From contig NC_042998.1 in assembly GCF_006345805.1 (NCBI RefSeq), forward strand, positions 125,550,001 to 125,614,000: 64,000 nucleotides of DNA, read 5' to 3'. A model generated the notes under the pieces. The model saw only the letters and a list, made by a program, of their open reading frames with translations. It ran no database searches and had not been told where the DNA came from. Position 1 is the stretch's first letter. Each line of letters starts with the position of its first letter. The translations under genes and the position numbers were made by a program. Shown piece after piece: positions 1 through 12,080 of the stretch. The stretch is from Octopus sinensis (lineage: Eukaryota).

Positions 1-263
1 CTGGACTCATCACATATAAAAGAAGATAGGTTGCTGATTCAAGGAGCAGAAAATGCCCAAGCAGGTGAAATCTGCAACATTGTCAACAACAAGCCTCCAC
101 CCGAATACCACTAAAAAAAGTACATCTAGAAATCCTCTGGACATCATTAAAAAAGAAGGAAAACATCAATGAAAGGTGTGGACAGATGATGGAGAAATGA
201 AGCAGGACCCAGAATATATGCAGTGGTGGACTACTTGCAGGGTAGATGTAGAAGATAATTTAC

Positions 264-384
264 CTGTTGTGAATCTCCTTCCAGCACTTTAATGGAAACC
301 CACACACCTTGGCCTTTATGATCACTTTCGCGTCCACTTGTAATTTTCTTTATCACAGTTTCAAGAAATTCTCTTTCACCACAC
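264..384 (-). CDS. DOCK1: DOCK-A exon L (CGEREFLETVIKKITSGRESDHKGQGVWVSIKVLEGDSQQ)
   Basis: ttgcag|G TGT ... CAG|gtaaat. 121 nt, phase 2 to 0. Resembles ENDFLQTVINKV...HKGQGLWVTLKLLPGD. Confidence 0.93.
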
Positions 385-2841
385 CTGCAATTTAGTAAAT
401 AAATCCCATCATTTACTGAAGCAACAATATCATAAATATAAGAAATTTTGTTTATTATATCATTTATGGATTGGTGGGCTATAGAAATTTAGATATTTAA
501 GTTACCAATAGACTTTTGACATTACCATTTGTCTTTCTCATCAGCAGTTCTTTCTCAAAGAGCTACTACTAAAATTTAAAAGTTTTTATCCATTCAATAA
601 TTTTGTTAGGATTTATTCTATGTAAAATTGAATTTATTAATGTTTAAAACTATCAAACAACTCAAAGGTGGCCATATGATTCAATAACTTTGGATATTTT
701 TGTTTTATTGCTTGTTGAATATCTCAGCAGAAAAATATCAAACAAATGCTGCTCCTACAATAAATTCACACATTCATATGTATCTTACAGCTACAAATAT
801 AAACAGAGTGAGAATTGTAACTCCCCCCCAAAAAAACAACAAAAAAAACAAGACTGTACTCAGAATAAGCAAAGAAAAGCAGTACTATTAAAATAACCAA
901 CAACCTTAAGAAAAATGCATTTGTAAGAAATCCAAAAGCAGTCAATTTTCCTTACAAATTTTTATCTTGCTATACCTCCTGAAACTAATTGACAATATCA
1001 GAATTAAAGCAAAATTCAACAATCAGGGTAGTTATCTACCTATACAATAGGAATATTCAAGAAATTCTATAGAATTAACATGAAGTATGTAAAGAAATGG
1101 AAAATATTCTGTTGTAATAATGACTAAGAAGGAGGGAAATGCTAAACTTATCGGTGACCATTTGAGAGAAAATCTTCAATAAACTACATTTTTTTAAAAA
1201 AAGGGAAAGGAAATAAAGCGAACCTAGAATAACACACTGGAAATAAAACAAGTTGACTTTACAAAATATTAAATGTATAATTATTAATACTAAATAATAA
1301 GTACTTTTAGGTGAAAATTGATAGATCAAGTATGTTGTTGCTTTCTGAATTGAGATGATAAAAAACATTCAAAGCATTTTTTTTTTTAAACAAATTGTCA
1401 TTCATAAAAATTAATTAAATAAAATGTATAGAATTAAATAATGACAAACAGACATATTTAAACTCTTATTATTATTAACATCATGATGTTGGTAAAGACT
1501 GGGTCTTTGGATTAGCTTGTGCCACATTGCTGTAATATTGCATTAATTCCTTTTAGGTCTACCATTGTATATAAGCTCTTATATGATATGATGGGAGTAT
1601 ATGCACAAGGAGCGAAGAGAAGAGATAATAAAAGCAAATTTAGTTCTCTACCAGAATATGAAGAAACTTGAAATACATGCTTCTCATTTTGGCCAATGAA
1701 AGAAATTGCGAAGAAAAATACAATATCTTCTTTTTATTGACAGACAAAAGAAATTTTAACAAAGAGACCTTTCTTTATATCAAAAACATAAACGAAAAAA
1801 CAAAAACAAAAAAGAAGTGATAACTTAAATTAGAACAAATGACAGCATTAATAGAGAAAACTGAGAAATCAAGTGTCTGGACTGGGTACAACAGACAGAT
1901 GTGAGAGTGCAGTCAGAGGGTTCAACTTATCAAAAGAATTAATCTTTAAAATACAATTTTAAAAAATTTGCTTGGAGAGAAAAGAACCTAAATATTTGTA
2001 TAACTCCATTTAAAATACTTTCTATGTATTTCTTTGTTAATTTTTTAGTGTATATGTGTGTGTGAGATACAAAACTTCAATTTAGAACTATATGAAATAA
2101 TATGCAGTCAGGTCACCACATAGTTCAGTGCAGTAAAGTCAATTTAATTTATAACTTATTGACATGCTCAAGAATATTCATTTATTTTGCTGTAAAACGA
2201 TATTAGTGTTAAGGTTCTAAATTCTGTTGGCAGAACTCATTGGCTCCTGACATGAGGAGTTTTAATTCTCATATGGCTTTCTAAAGGTGGTGTAGAGCTA
2301 TTGATAATAAACAAACTATACTTCACTTCTCCAAATATAGTTCAGACAATTTTTTGTGAAATAAAATTTTATTGAATGCTATGCAGCATGACCAACAAAC
2401 ATGCTTGTGAAGAGTTAATGCAGGAGTATTCCTGACCTCAGGAGCCCTAGAGAAAAAAGTCACCATTGACTCAACACACAAAACGTACATGGTTCTAAGC
2501 CAATGATGCAGTTCCCTAAAGCATGAATACAGAACTGTGAAATTAACAAGTATTTTATTAGTTTGTAGTACTAAATTCAATTCCCTCAGATGGAAAGGTT
2601 ATGTGCTATAGACAAACACTCTATTCAATAGGTAAAGTTGTTTCTCAAACGCTTTACAGCAAAAGGTGGCGATCAGAACTAGTGCCATGGAACTCTAACC
2701 TTATTAAGTTAATACACAAGAGAGAGACAGAGAGAGAAAATTATTACAAGTGAATATGTAACAAATCATGGTTTTATAAACTGATGTAAAGTTAAAATAT
2801 TGTCAGAGAGATGCAAATATAACAAAATTTATGTTAATGTA

Positions 2842-4014
2842 TTGGGTCATCCCATAAATAATGCGTTTTTTTTTCAATTGTATGAAAAGTCAGAGTGGGG
2901 ACAGGATAAACTAACTGCATCAACTTGCTATAAAAGTAGATAGTAATTTTACCGTGTCCTTATTCTTTGTGTAAAGTTTTGAAGAGTGCAGTTTGATTTT
3001 AACAGTAATTTTTTCAAAGCTAAGGTTTATGAGTTCAATAAAGGCAACAATGCAATGGAAAGTGTGAGGAATATTAATGCAGTATATGGGGATCGGACAA
3101 TAAGGATAAGCCAGTGTCCACGGTGGTTCCAGAAATTCAAAGCTGGAAACTACAGCCTAGATGAGACTTATTCTGGAAGACCTGTAGAGCTAGATGAGGA
3201 CATCCTGCAAACCCTGGTGGAACAATACTCCATTGTAACTGATGAGGAACTAGCAGAGAAGATTGGATTTAATCATTCAACCATCCATTGACACCTGTGT
3301 GCCATTGGAAAAGCCAGCAAATTGGGTCAATGGGTTCCTCGCAAGCTTTCCAAGTCTAATTGCATGCAGAGAGTGAAGGTGTGCTCATCTTTGCTGTCAT
3401 GTCTGGTGACGAGAAATGGGTTCTCTATAAAAATGTCAAGTGCCAGGGAAAGGAAAAAACACTGACAACCCAGGCTAAAGAAAGTCTTCACCCACATAAG
3501 ATGTTGTTGTCTGTTAGGTGGGATATGAAAGGTTTAGTCCTATTGAACTTTTAAACCCAAACCAAATGATAACAAAGCTGCAAGCAGCTTGAACAGCATA
3601 AGTCAGTGCTAGAAGAAAATGACCATCTTTGGTTTCAAGATGAAAGATGTTCTTCCATCAGGATAATGCTTGGTCACATACAGAGAGGATGACATTCCAA
3701 AGGCTGGAGCAGTTTGAATGGGAAATGATGACCCACCCACAATATTCGCCAGGCATTGCCCCATCTGATTATCACTTATTCTGCAGTCTTCAAAATCATT
3801 TGGATGGAAAAAATATGAATTCTGTAGATGAGGTCAGACCAGTACTGGAGGAGTATTTTTCGTCACGGACAAGTGAATTTTGGAAGAGAGGCCTTGTAAA
3901 TCTATCAGATAGATGGAAGAGCATTGTAGAAAATGAGTATATTTTAGATTTGTTTATCTTAATTTTGTAAAATAAAAGAAGTATAAAAAACTTCTAAATT
4001 TATGGATGACCCAA
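2842..4014 (+). mobile_element. Mariner (DD34D-type) DNA transposon with pseudogenised transposase
   Basis: Flanked by TA. TIRs ttgggtcatcccataaat / atttatggatgacccaa. Broken frames carry WVP, GDEKW, HQDNA and YSPGIAPSDYHLF motifs with stops and frameshifts. Confidence 0.93.
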
Positions 4015-4380
4015 TACAACAAGATACACACATCATTATCATTCCTTCACATGAGCTTTCCATGCTGGCATTGTTGGATGGATATTCATGGTTTGAATCA
4101 GTTCTTGTTTCAGGTTACAACCAGGTGTGACCAAGAGACCAGGGACCTAACTCTTGCTCCACACACACACACCTCCAAGTCGTTTCACACATGACTACTA
4201 GTAGGGGGTCAACTTTGATTTTCTTTCTCTCATTAGCAACACCATTCTATATTTTCTTTGACTTGCATTGCCTCACCTTCATTCTGTGTTAATACACAAC
4301 TTCAGTCTCACTTTTTGCATCCTATTTCTTATCAATTTATTAATATAATGTACATTCTTAAAACACTGTATTTCACTTAC

Positions 4381-4459
4381 ATATGGACATGAATAAAATG
4401 CTGTGTGTCTTCATTGCACTCAAGTGAGCCTCCTTGAATGAAAGCAGTAACATCCATAG
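4381..4459 (-). CDS. DOCK1: DOCK-A exon K (AMDVTAFIQGGSLECNEDTQHFIHVH)
   Basis: ttcttattcag|CT ATG ... CAT AT|gtaagt. 79 nt, phase 1 to 2. Resembles MDVTDII...EDKQHFIPF. Confidence 0.92.
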
Positions 4460-4698
4460 CTGAATAAGAAAGAGGAGGAAAAACAGTTAATTTTTGTTTT
4501 CACTCAACGACATTCACAACACAAAACAAAAATAGGACATGTTCTTTGACAGAGAATTTTAACAAGATCTTCTTGAAGCAGTCACAAGCAAGATACACTA
4601 TGCCAGGAATCTCTGTCCCCATTAGCATTGGTAAGTCCTCAATCTCATGCTATCTACCAATAACATCTATGTACTTCAGTGGTCTTCATTCTCTATCA

Positions 4699-4941
4699 AA
4701 GTGGTTCTCAACCAGGATCCATATAAGATTTTGCTGTTAAAATTTATGTGCACTAAATTGGTCATACTTCTACAACATATTTTCTACAAAATATTTTAAC
4801 AGATTTTTAGTACAATTCCTAATAATATTTAGGTATAAAAAAATAATAGGATTTTCTAAAACATGAAATAGTTATGGGGGTTTAGTAGAGTGAAATAAGA
4901 ACCAAAGGGGTCCATATGTAAAAAATGGTTGAAAACCACTG
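4699..4941. mobile_element. hAT-type MITE
   Basis: TIRs (a)agtggttctcaacca / tggttgaaaaccactg. Perfect 8-bp TSD ctctatca at 4691-4698 and 4942-4949. Confidence 0.88.
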
Positions 4942-5230
4942 CTCTATCAGAGTATGAGAGAATCCAAAGTGTAACATCTGTTATGGTCTGTTATTCAGCA
5001 TAATACCAGTTGCTAGTATAGTCATCATTGCATTGAGCAACAATACTAGAGATGAGTGGAATGTACCCCTTTAATCCCCTTTATGTTTTTCTGCACCCAC
5101 CATGATATATTTTAAGCCTTCCTAAGAAGCCTGGCGTATGTACCATCAGGGCAATCTTGAAGGTGCTTATATTTTGTTTTATCATAAAGAACCTACCTAG
5201 CCACTACTATCTAAAGATTACTTTAAGTTT

Positions 5231-5972
5231 CAATGATTAGACTATGACCATGCTGGAGCAACACTTTCAAGGGTTTTAGTCAGTTATCAATTATTGTCAA
5301 ACTTCTCAGCTTTTCTTTAAGTTATGACTCTTTTTAAGGAGTTACCTCCAGGTGGGGAGAAAATATATCAGAAGGAGTTCACTGCAATATACACAAACAC
5401 ACACACATGCATGATTGTCTTCTACAAACACAGACACACATGATTGTCTTCTAAAAGTAAAGTCACTTAATAAAAGTATCACTATTAAGGTACATATATA
5501 TGTTGGTAAATATTGTTCCAATGGTGAAGGCGCATGGCTCAGTGGTTAGAGCATCGAGCTCACGATTGTGAGATTGTGAGTTTGATTCCCGGACCGGGCT
5601 GTGTGTTGTGTTCTTGAGCAAGACACTTTATTTCACGTTGCTCCAGTTAACTTGGCTATAGAAATGAGTTGTGACATCACTGGTGCCAAGCTGTATTGGC
5701 CTTTGCCTTTCCCTTGGATAATATCAGCAGTGTGGAGAGGGGAGGCTTGTATGCATGGGCGACTGCTAGCCTTCCACAAACAATCTTGCTCTGACTTGTG
5801 CCTCGGAGGGTAACTTTCTAGGTGCAATCCCATGGTCATTCATGACCGAAGGGGTCTCCCCAGTGTTCCAATATATCAATTGCAAATATAACTGAACAGA
5901 AAGTAAAACTGAAATACCAAGAAAGTCATTATATGTGACAGACATGATTGGATAATTACAGATAATTATACC
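5231..5972. repeat. TSD-flanked insertion copied from nearby DNA (inverted copy of 6447-6637 plus direct copy of 6713-6880)
   Basis: Identical 22-bp flanks atctaaagattactttaagttt at 5209-5230 and 5973-5994. Both internal segments align by eye to the source. Confidence 0.8.
5523..5863 (+). mobile_element. tRNA-derived SINE, family 1
   Basis: A/B-box head ggcgcatggctcagtggttagagc...gagtttgattccc. TSD tgttccaat at 5514-5522 and 5864-5872. Related copies at about 11308, 26240 and 29590. Confidence 0.88.
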
Positions 5973-6369
5973 ATCTAAAGATTACTTTAAGTTTTACCAT
6001 TATTGCAGAACACTCAAAGACAGTGAGATTCCAGTTGTATTGTACTGAAATATATTTAGGGAGCTACACAATATGAAAATACATTTTGCAAACTCAACTG
6101 TTACAGTGATATCTGGATGTGAGCATTACTTCAGATAAGAATTAGGAAACAATGTGCAAAATTTACTTGGTCTACAGAGACAAATGCTTACATCGTATGT
6201 TTATGAAACATATTTCTAATTGATTTGTTTACAATGTAAACAAATGATTACATTGTAAGTTTATGTGACATTTCTAATTGCTAATTAGAATATAATTGTA
6301 AATATTCTAACATAAACACATATGGGAAACATCTTTTACAATCATGTCGTCCAAATCTGATCTTACTAT

Positions 6370-6660
6370 GAGGCACCTTGGGCAAATTTCATCTAACATT
6401 ACCTCAGACTGACAAAAATCTTGTGAGTGAAATTTAGTAGAAATTGTGTAGAAGACAATCATGTGTGTTTGTGTATATGGCAGTGAATTCCTTCTGATAT
6501 ATTTTCTCCCTACCTGGAAGTAACTCCCTAGAAAGAGTCATAACTTAAAGAAAAGCTGAGAAATTTGACAATAACTGATAACTGACTAAAGCCCTTGAAA
6601 GTGTTGCTCCAGCATGGTCACAGTCTAATCACTGAAACCGGCAAAAAAAATAAAATAAAA
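6370..6660 (+). mobile_element. Diverged SINE related to family 2, A-rich tail
   Basis: ggcaccttgggcaaat...cttgtgagtgaa...gtgttgctccagcatgg...ctgaaac followed by an A-rich run. Similar to the 12081 copy. Confidence 0.7.
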
Positions 6661-7159
6661 GAATACTAATGTAGTAAATGTTTCATTATTCCACTTCATT
6701 ATTTAGTTACATTAAAAGTAAAGTTATTTAATAAAAGCATCACTATTAAAGTACATATATATGTTGGTAAATAGTGTTCCAATATATTAACTGCAAATAT
6801 AACTGAACAGAAAGTAAAGCTGAAATACCAAGAATGTCATTATATGTGACAGACATGATTGGATAATTATAGAAAATTTATAAATTTTATTCTCTTTCTT
6901 TGTCAACTGTTTTTAGAAAACACGACTTTATGACACTTTTTAGGTTTCATAATGAAGCTTCAGATACTTTATATATGTGTGCAGTGACATATATTCTATC
7001 CACCCCACACATTTTAGTATCTTTATTGCTAATTGCTGTTGACTACTATGTAAACAAAACTACCATATGACAACTACTGTTTATCTAATATATTTAGTTT
7101 CTCCCAACAGATTGAGAGTGTGGTTATAAGAGACTAGGTAGGTGGGAAAATGCACATAC

Positions 7160-7231
7160 CAGCAACACCAAAAGGTCGCCGTAAGCCTTGAGTTTGTTTT
7201 TTGTTATCCATATCCCGAGGATCCATGGTAC
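7160..7231 (-). CDS. DOCK1: DOCK-A exon J (GTMDPRDMDNKKQTQGLRRPFGVA)
   Basis: ttgcag|GT ACC ... GCT G|gtatgt. 72 nt, phase 1 to 1. RRPFGVA is the DOCK1/2/5-type motif; DOCK3/4 have GCA. Confidence 0.94.
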
Positions 7232-7449
7232 CTGCAAGCAGAAATATAAAATATTTTTTTAATAGTTAAAATAGCAAATGTAGAATTAAGTGATTGATAT
7301 TCATAAAACATGTGCTGCATTTAATCTGCAAGCTTTGATACACTGGTAAATAATCTAATCAAAAAATTTAAGTTAAAATTTCAAACCTTAGTGTCTTTCT
7401 TATTACCAATAGATTGTTTGCTTACTGACAGATAATTAAATAGAAATCT

Positions 7450-9715
7450 CATTGAGCCATTGTACTTGGCATTTATTGACCTGGAGAAAGCCTTTGACAA
7501 AGTCCCTCATTTTGTAATGAGGAAGCTAGGAGCAAACAGATGGCTTGTGAGAGCCACACAAGTAATGTACAGTAAGGTGTGAGCTAGCAATGAGTACAGT
7601 AAAAAAATTCAGTTTGCAGGTAGGAGTTTGCCACTGTTCAGCTCTCAGTCCCCTCAATTCATCACAGTCCTCCAAAAGCCATAACAAAAAAATTTAAGAC
7701 TGGTTGCCTTATATGCTAACAACTTCCTTTTTATAGTGGAATCTATAGCAGAGTGAGAAAAGAAATTTCAGAAAAATCAAATCAAATAGTCTTAAAGTTA
7801 ACTTAGCAAAGACCATTTATAGTAAGCAGGAAAGGTGTAAGTAGAAATTCCATCTGGTGTACCAGGTGTAAAATATGGACACACAAGTGTTGTAGTGGAA
7901 TCACAAGAAGGTTAATGGAGAAAGTAGACTTTGTAGGTGGCAAATGTGCAGGAGTAATAAATGCTAAGAACACAGAAAATAGATTTTCTAGAATGCCCAA
8001 GAGGTTCCCTAGAAATAGTAGCTGGTTTCTGTTACCTAGGTAACCTAATTAGCAGTAGAGGAGGAAGTTCTGAAAGTATAGCTGCTAGAATAAGAACAGG
8101 ATGGAGAAAGTTCAGAGAACAATTACCTCTCAGAGTGTATAATTGTATGATGCTTATGTATGAACAGCAATGCTAAAAGGTAGAGAGACATGGGTTCCGA
8201 ATTTAGAAGACAGATGAAGACTAGACAACAGAAGAAGCTAGTATGCTCTGTTGGATGTGCAACACCAGTATGTATGTACAACAAAGTACAAATGAGTTTG
8301 AGAGAAAAAATCAGGCTTAAGAGGAATTAAATGTAGTGTGCAAAAAAGAAGACTGCACTGGTACAATCATGACATGGAAATAGATGAAAATAACTGTATA
8401 AAGGTGCTGATCACTTAAAGTAGGTGGAATTTGTAGAAAAAGGGGATCCAAGAAGACATGAGACAAAATAGTGAAGGCTGATCTCAAGATGTTGAGTCTC
8501 TTGACAAAGAACTGAAATGATTGTTGATCCACTGTTTGAGAAGACCTGTCCGTCATAGCAAAAGTGAGCTCCTAAATGCATTATGTTTATGTCTAAAGTC
8601 ACTGAGCCCTACTCCTGCCCCCAATCTGTCTCTGTAAAGCCCACACCACATTTCATCCTCCTAACACCCACCCCTTCATCACTCTTTCATCAACAACATT
8701 ATTCAGCTGCTGTTATCACATGAAAGCAGAATCTGCACACATTTCATCCCATTTTCCGCTACAATTTACTTTCCCCTCTCCCTGCAACCACTTCCTTTTA
8801 AAATCAATCACTCACTCCCAATATCATCCCTTCCCGTTTATTTTCTACTGATCACCCTTTTATGTGCCCCCAGTTATTTCTCTCTTACCTCTGGGATCAC
8901 CAAAGCTCACCTTTAACACTCTCTCATATCTGCCATCAACAGCCCCACCCTCAACCTTTGCACCCCAATCAGTATATCCACTCTACATACTTCTGACTTT
9001 CATCTCTATCACTGTCCACTCTCTCCCCTCCACTCTTATAATCCATCCTGCACATCATCTCCCTATTTTCTGATCTATCTACAGGCTTATTATATAGCTT
9101 CTCCTCACCCTTCCTCTATTGCCACTTATCACTTCCTGCCTCCTGAGTTATAGTGATAATTACCATAGACCATACCTTGTTCATCATTTACTACATTCAC
9201 CTCAACTCCTATCTATCACTCTTCTCTATGTTCTTATAAACTTTCCCACCCACCCTTTCTGGTCCTCTGTCCGTATTCTCTCTTATACTCACCTTCCTAT
9301 ACTCTGAAAGTACACTCTAATACCTTGTCACCACCATTTTTGGCTTCCCTCCAGTAATTCTTACCCACTCTTATACAATGCAGGGTGGTGATGTATCTCC
9401 TCTATAACAAGAGACCTGTACCTGTCCCTCTATTATAATTTAGTCTCTCAACACCTGACATAAAACTACCTCCCGACTACAACCATATTCAGTTGAGGGG
9501 TATTTTTTCTTGTCTTGTAAGTTACTTGGCAACCACACTAGTGTTAGAGTCATGAAAAAATCACTCAGTACACTCTTTAAAGTGGTTGGCATTAGAAAGG
9601 GCACCCAGCCATAGAAAGCATGCCATAGTAGACAGTGGAATTCAACACAATCCTCCAGCTCATTGGATCCTGTCAAATCATCCAACCCATGCCAGCATGG
9701 AAACTGGATGTTAAA
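7450..9715 (+). mobile_element. Old, 5'-truncated RTE LINE (decayed RT/thumb, pyrimidine-rich 3' region, 3' tail)
   Basis: Decayed AFIDLEKAFD, FCYLG and AARIRTGWRKFRE motifs matching the 26583 element. Ends in ccatgccagcatggaaa. Confidence 0.78.
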
Positions 9716-9725
9716 GGATAAGATT

Positions 9726-9950
9726 CATCATCATCATTTAACGTCTGTTTTCCATGCTAGCATGGGTTTAGACTGTTTGATTGGAACTGGTCTGATTTGG
9801 CATGGTTTCTATGGCTGGATGTCCTTCCTAACACCAATCTCTCCAAGAGTGTAATGGGTGCTTTTTACATGCCAGTTGTGTAACACTAGCATTGGCCACA
9901 ACTACACTCTCACTTGGCTTGACAGGTCTTCTCAAGCACAGTATATGCTA
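9726..9950 (-). mobile_element. RTE 3' tail fragment, tail-to-tail with the preceding copy
   Basis: (cat)n ttaacgtctgttttccatgctagcatgg..., the reverse complement of the RTE 3' end. Confidence 0.8.
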
Positions 9951-10134
9951 AAGGTCATGGACACACACATAAGTGTGTATGTATGTATTTAAGTACACTG
10001 TAAATTTTAAGCCAAGAGAACTTATTAACTTGCTTTAATATAATTTTCATAAACAGAATACAAGTATAAACATTTGGCCTTATAGAGTTCAAAATTTTAA
10101 TCAATTTCACTGATTCCTACCATAGTTCACTTAC

Positions 10135-10198
10135 CAATTCGAACTATCTGGAATAATAAGAACACTTTTTCTCGTTGTCTGTCTTTGGAACCAAGATC
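10135..10198 (-). CDS. DOCK1: DOCK-A exon I (DLGSKDRQREKVFLLFQIVRI)
   Basis: ttttttctag|GAT CTT ... ATT G|gtaagt. 64 nt, phase 0 to 1. Confidence 0.94.
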
Positions 10199-11031
10199 CT
10201 AGAAAAAAAGAAAAGCAAAGAAATTCATTTTAATTTTCTTTTATAAAATTAAATCAAGAAGTGATATATAGGCTCTCAGCTGAATCAATGAACTGGTTTC
10301 AATTCATGGTTCAAGTTAATTCATGTAAGCTGCATATAGCCTCAAATGTGTATCTATCACTTGTAAGTTTGTGAACATATATTTAAGAATTAAATCAAAC
10401 ATAAACTGAAAACTTAGAAACAGCAATAATACTCAAAGTAACACAGTTAATAAGAACTAAAGTTATGAAGACAGACTAAATAAATAACAGTGAAGTTTAG
10501 GAAAATAATGAACTTTAGTTAGAAGCTGAAAATAAACTTGTTTTTTTACATTTAGCATAACACCAACTGTTTTGCTATTTACATTTAGCATAATACATGA
10601 AATACCTTCATATATTTCTCTCACTCCCACACACACAAATAATGCTAAAAATCATAAGTATTATGCATGCATGCACACACATACACACACAATTAGAATG
10701 TATTATTTACTGTGAAATCTACGAAATGCAGAACTTAAATGTAAAAATATAGTATTGGATTTGAAATGTTCAATACCTTGCAGAGATCACAGGAATTCCC
10801 TATGACTAATCTTGTACCAGGATAAAACTGCTAGTCATTGTAAAGTATCAAACTTACCAATGACAAATATATATATAATTTAAAAATAGGATAAAATCTT
10901 CATAAGAATTTATCAAGTAGTTAGCATGAAAAACCTCATAAAAGAAAAAAACCATCAATTTTTTCTATTAAATTTATTTATATATATTATATAGAGGGCA
11001 CTATTACACATAGATGCCCTCTATAATATAT

Positions 11032-11075
<44 letters not shown>

Positions 11076-11093
11076 ATATTATTCTTTAACATG

Positions 11094-11197
11094 AATATTA
11101 TTGATGGTGATTTTGAAGTTTAGACCAGCTAAGCCATCATCAGACTGTCTGATGATGGCTTAGCAGGCCTAACTTTGAAGTCACTGTCAATACTATT
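11094..11197. other. Near-zero-loop palindrome carrying a degenerate hammerhead-like motif on both strands
   Basis: Perfect 18-bp arms 11128-11145 / 11147-11164 and imperfect arms out to about 52 bp. CTGATGA at 11149-11155 (+) and 11137-11143 (-). Confidence 0.65.
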
Positions 11198-11307
11198 CTG
11201 GTTAAAGAAAAAATTATTGTACTCTACCAAATGTATTGAGTAATCCTTCAATTTAACGTAAAAATTATTTTAACATAAAAACATACACACACACACACAC
11301 ACATGAG

Positions 11308-11632
11308 GAGACCCCCTTCGGTCATGAATGACCATGGGATTGCACCTAGAAAGTTACCCTTCGAGGTACAAGTCAGGGCAAGATTGTTTGTGGAAGGCCA
11401 GCAGTCGCTCATGCATACCAGCCTCCCCTCTCCACATCACTGATGTTATCCAAGGGAAAGGCAAAGGCTTGGCACCAGTGATGTTGCAACTCATTTCTAC
11501 AGCTGAGTTAACTGGAGCAAAGTGAAATAAAGTGTCTTGCTCAAGAACACAACACACAGCCCGGTCATGGGAATCGAACTCACAACCTCACGATCGTAAG
11601 CTCGACACTCTAACCACTAAGCCATCCGCCTT
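11308..11632 (-). mobile_element. tRNA-derived SINE, family 1
   Basis: Reverse complement of 5523-5863, inserted in a (CA)n tract. Confidence 0.88.
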
Positions 11633-12080
11633 TACATACACACACACATATATATACAGAAATGTAAATTCTTAGTAGTGTACAGGGTAGTATATTGATA
11701 ATGGCAGAAAGAAAAATTAGTCAGAAGTGATGGTGGTATTTTTATTTATTTGCACAGATATAATATGTCTATGAATTTTTTAAGGAGTACTTCTTAAATC
11801 CTGTTATCTTATATTCTTTTGTGTATGTGTTGGTGCCTAGCACTGAGATAAAGATTGACTCTCCAACACTAAACACAAGCATAAAAAGGAAGATAAAAAG
11901 ATTTAGCAGTATCCAACTCATTCTTAGTAAAATTTGAAGGCATTTTATATTCATATATAAATAAATGAAAATGGTATTATTTCTGACTAATTTTTTTCAT
12001 CATGATTAATACGTATAAACACGCAAAATTTACATACTATAATGCATACACACACACATAGCTATATATACTGTCATTAT

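Noticed and set aside
1-240. Possible decayed LINE C-terminal remnant
   Set aside because: Similarity is too faint to support by eye.
5523-5600. tRNA gene calls for SINE heads (also 12081, 23131, 48857)
   Set aside because: The cloverleafs are incomplete and each continues into a repeated SINE body, several with TSDs.
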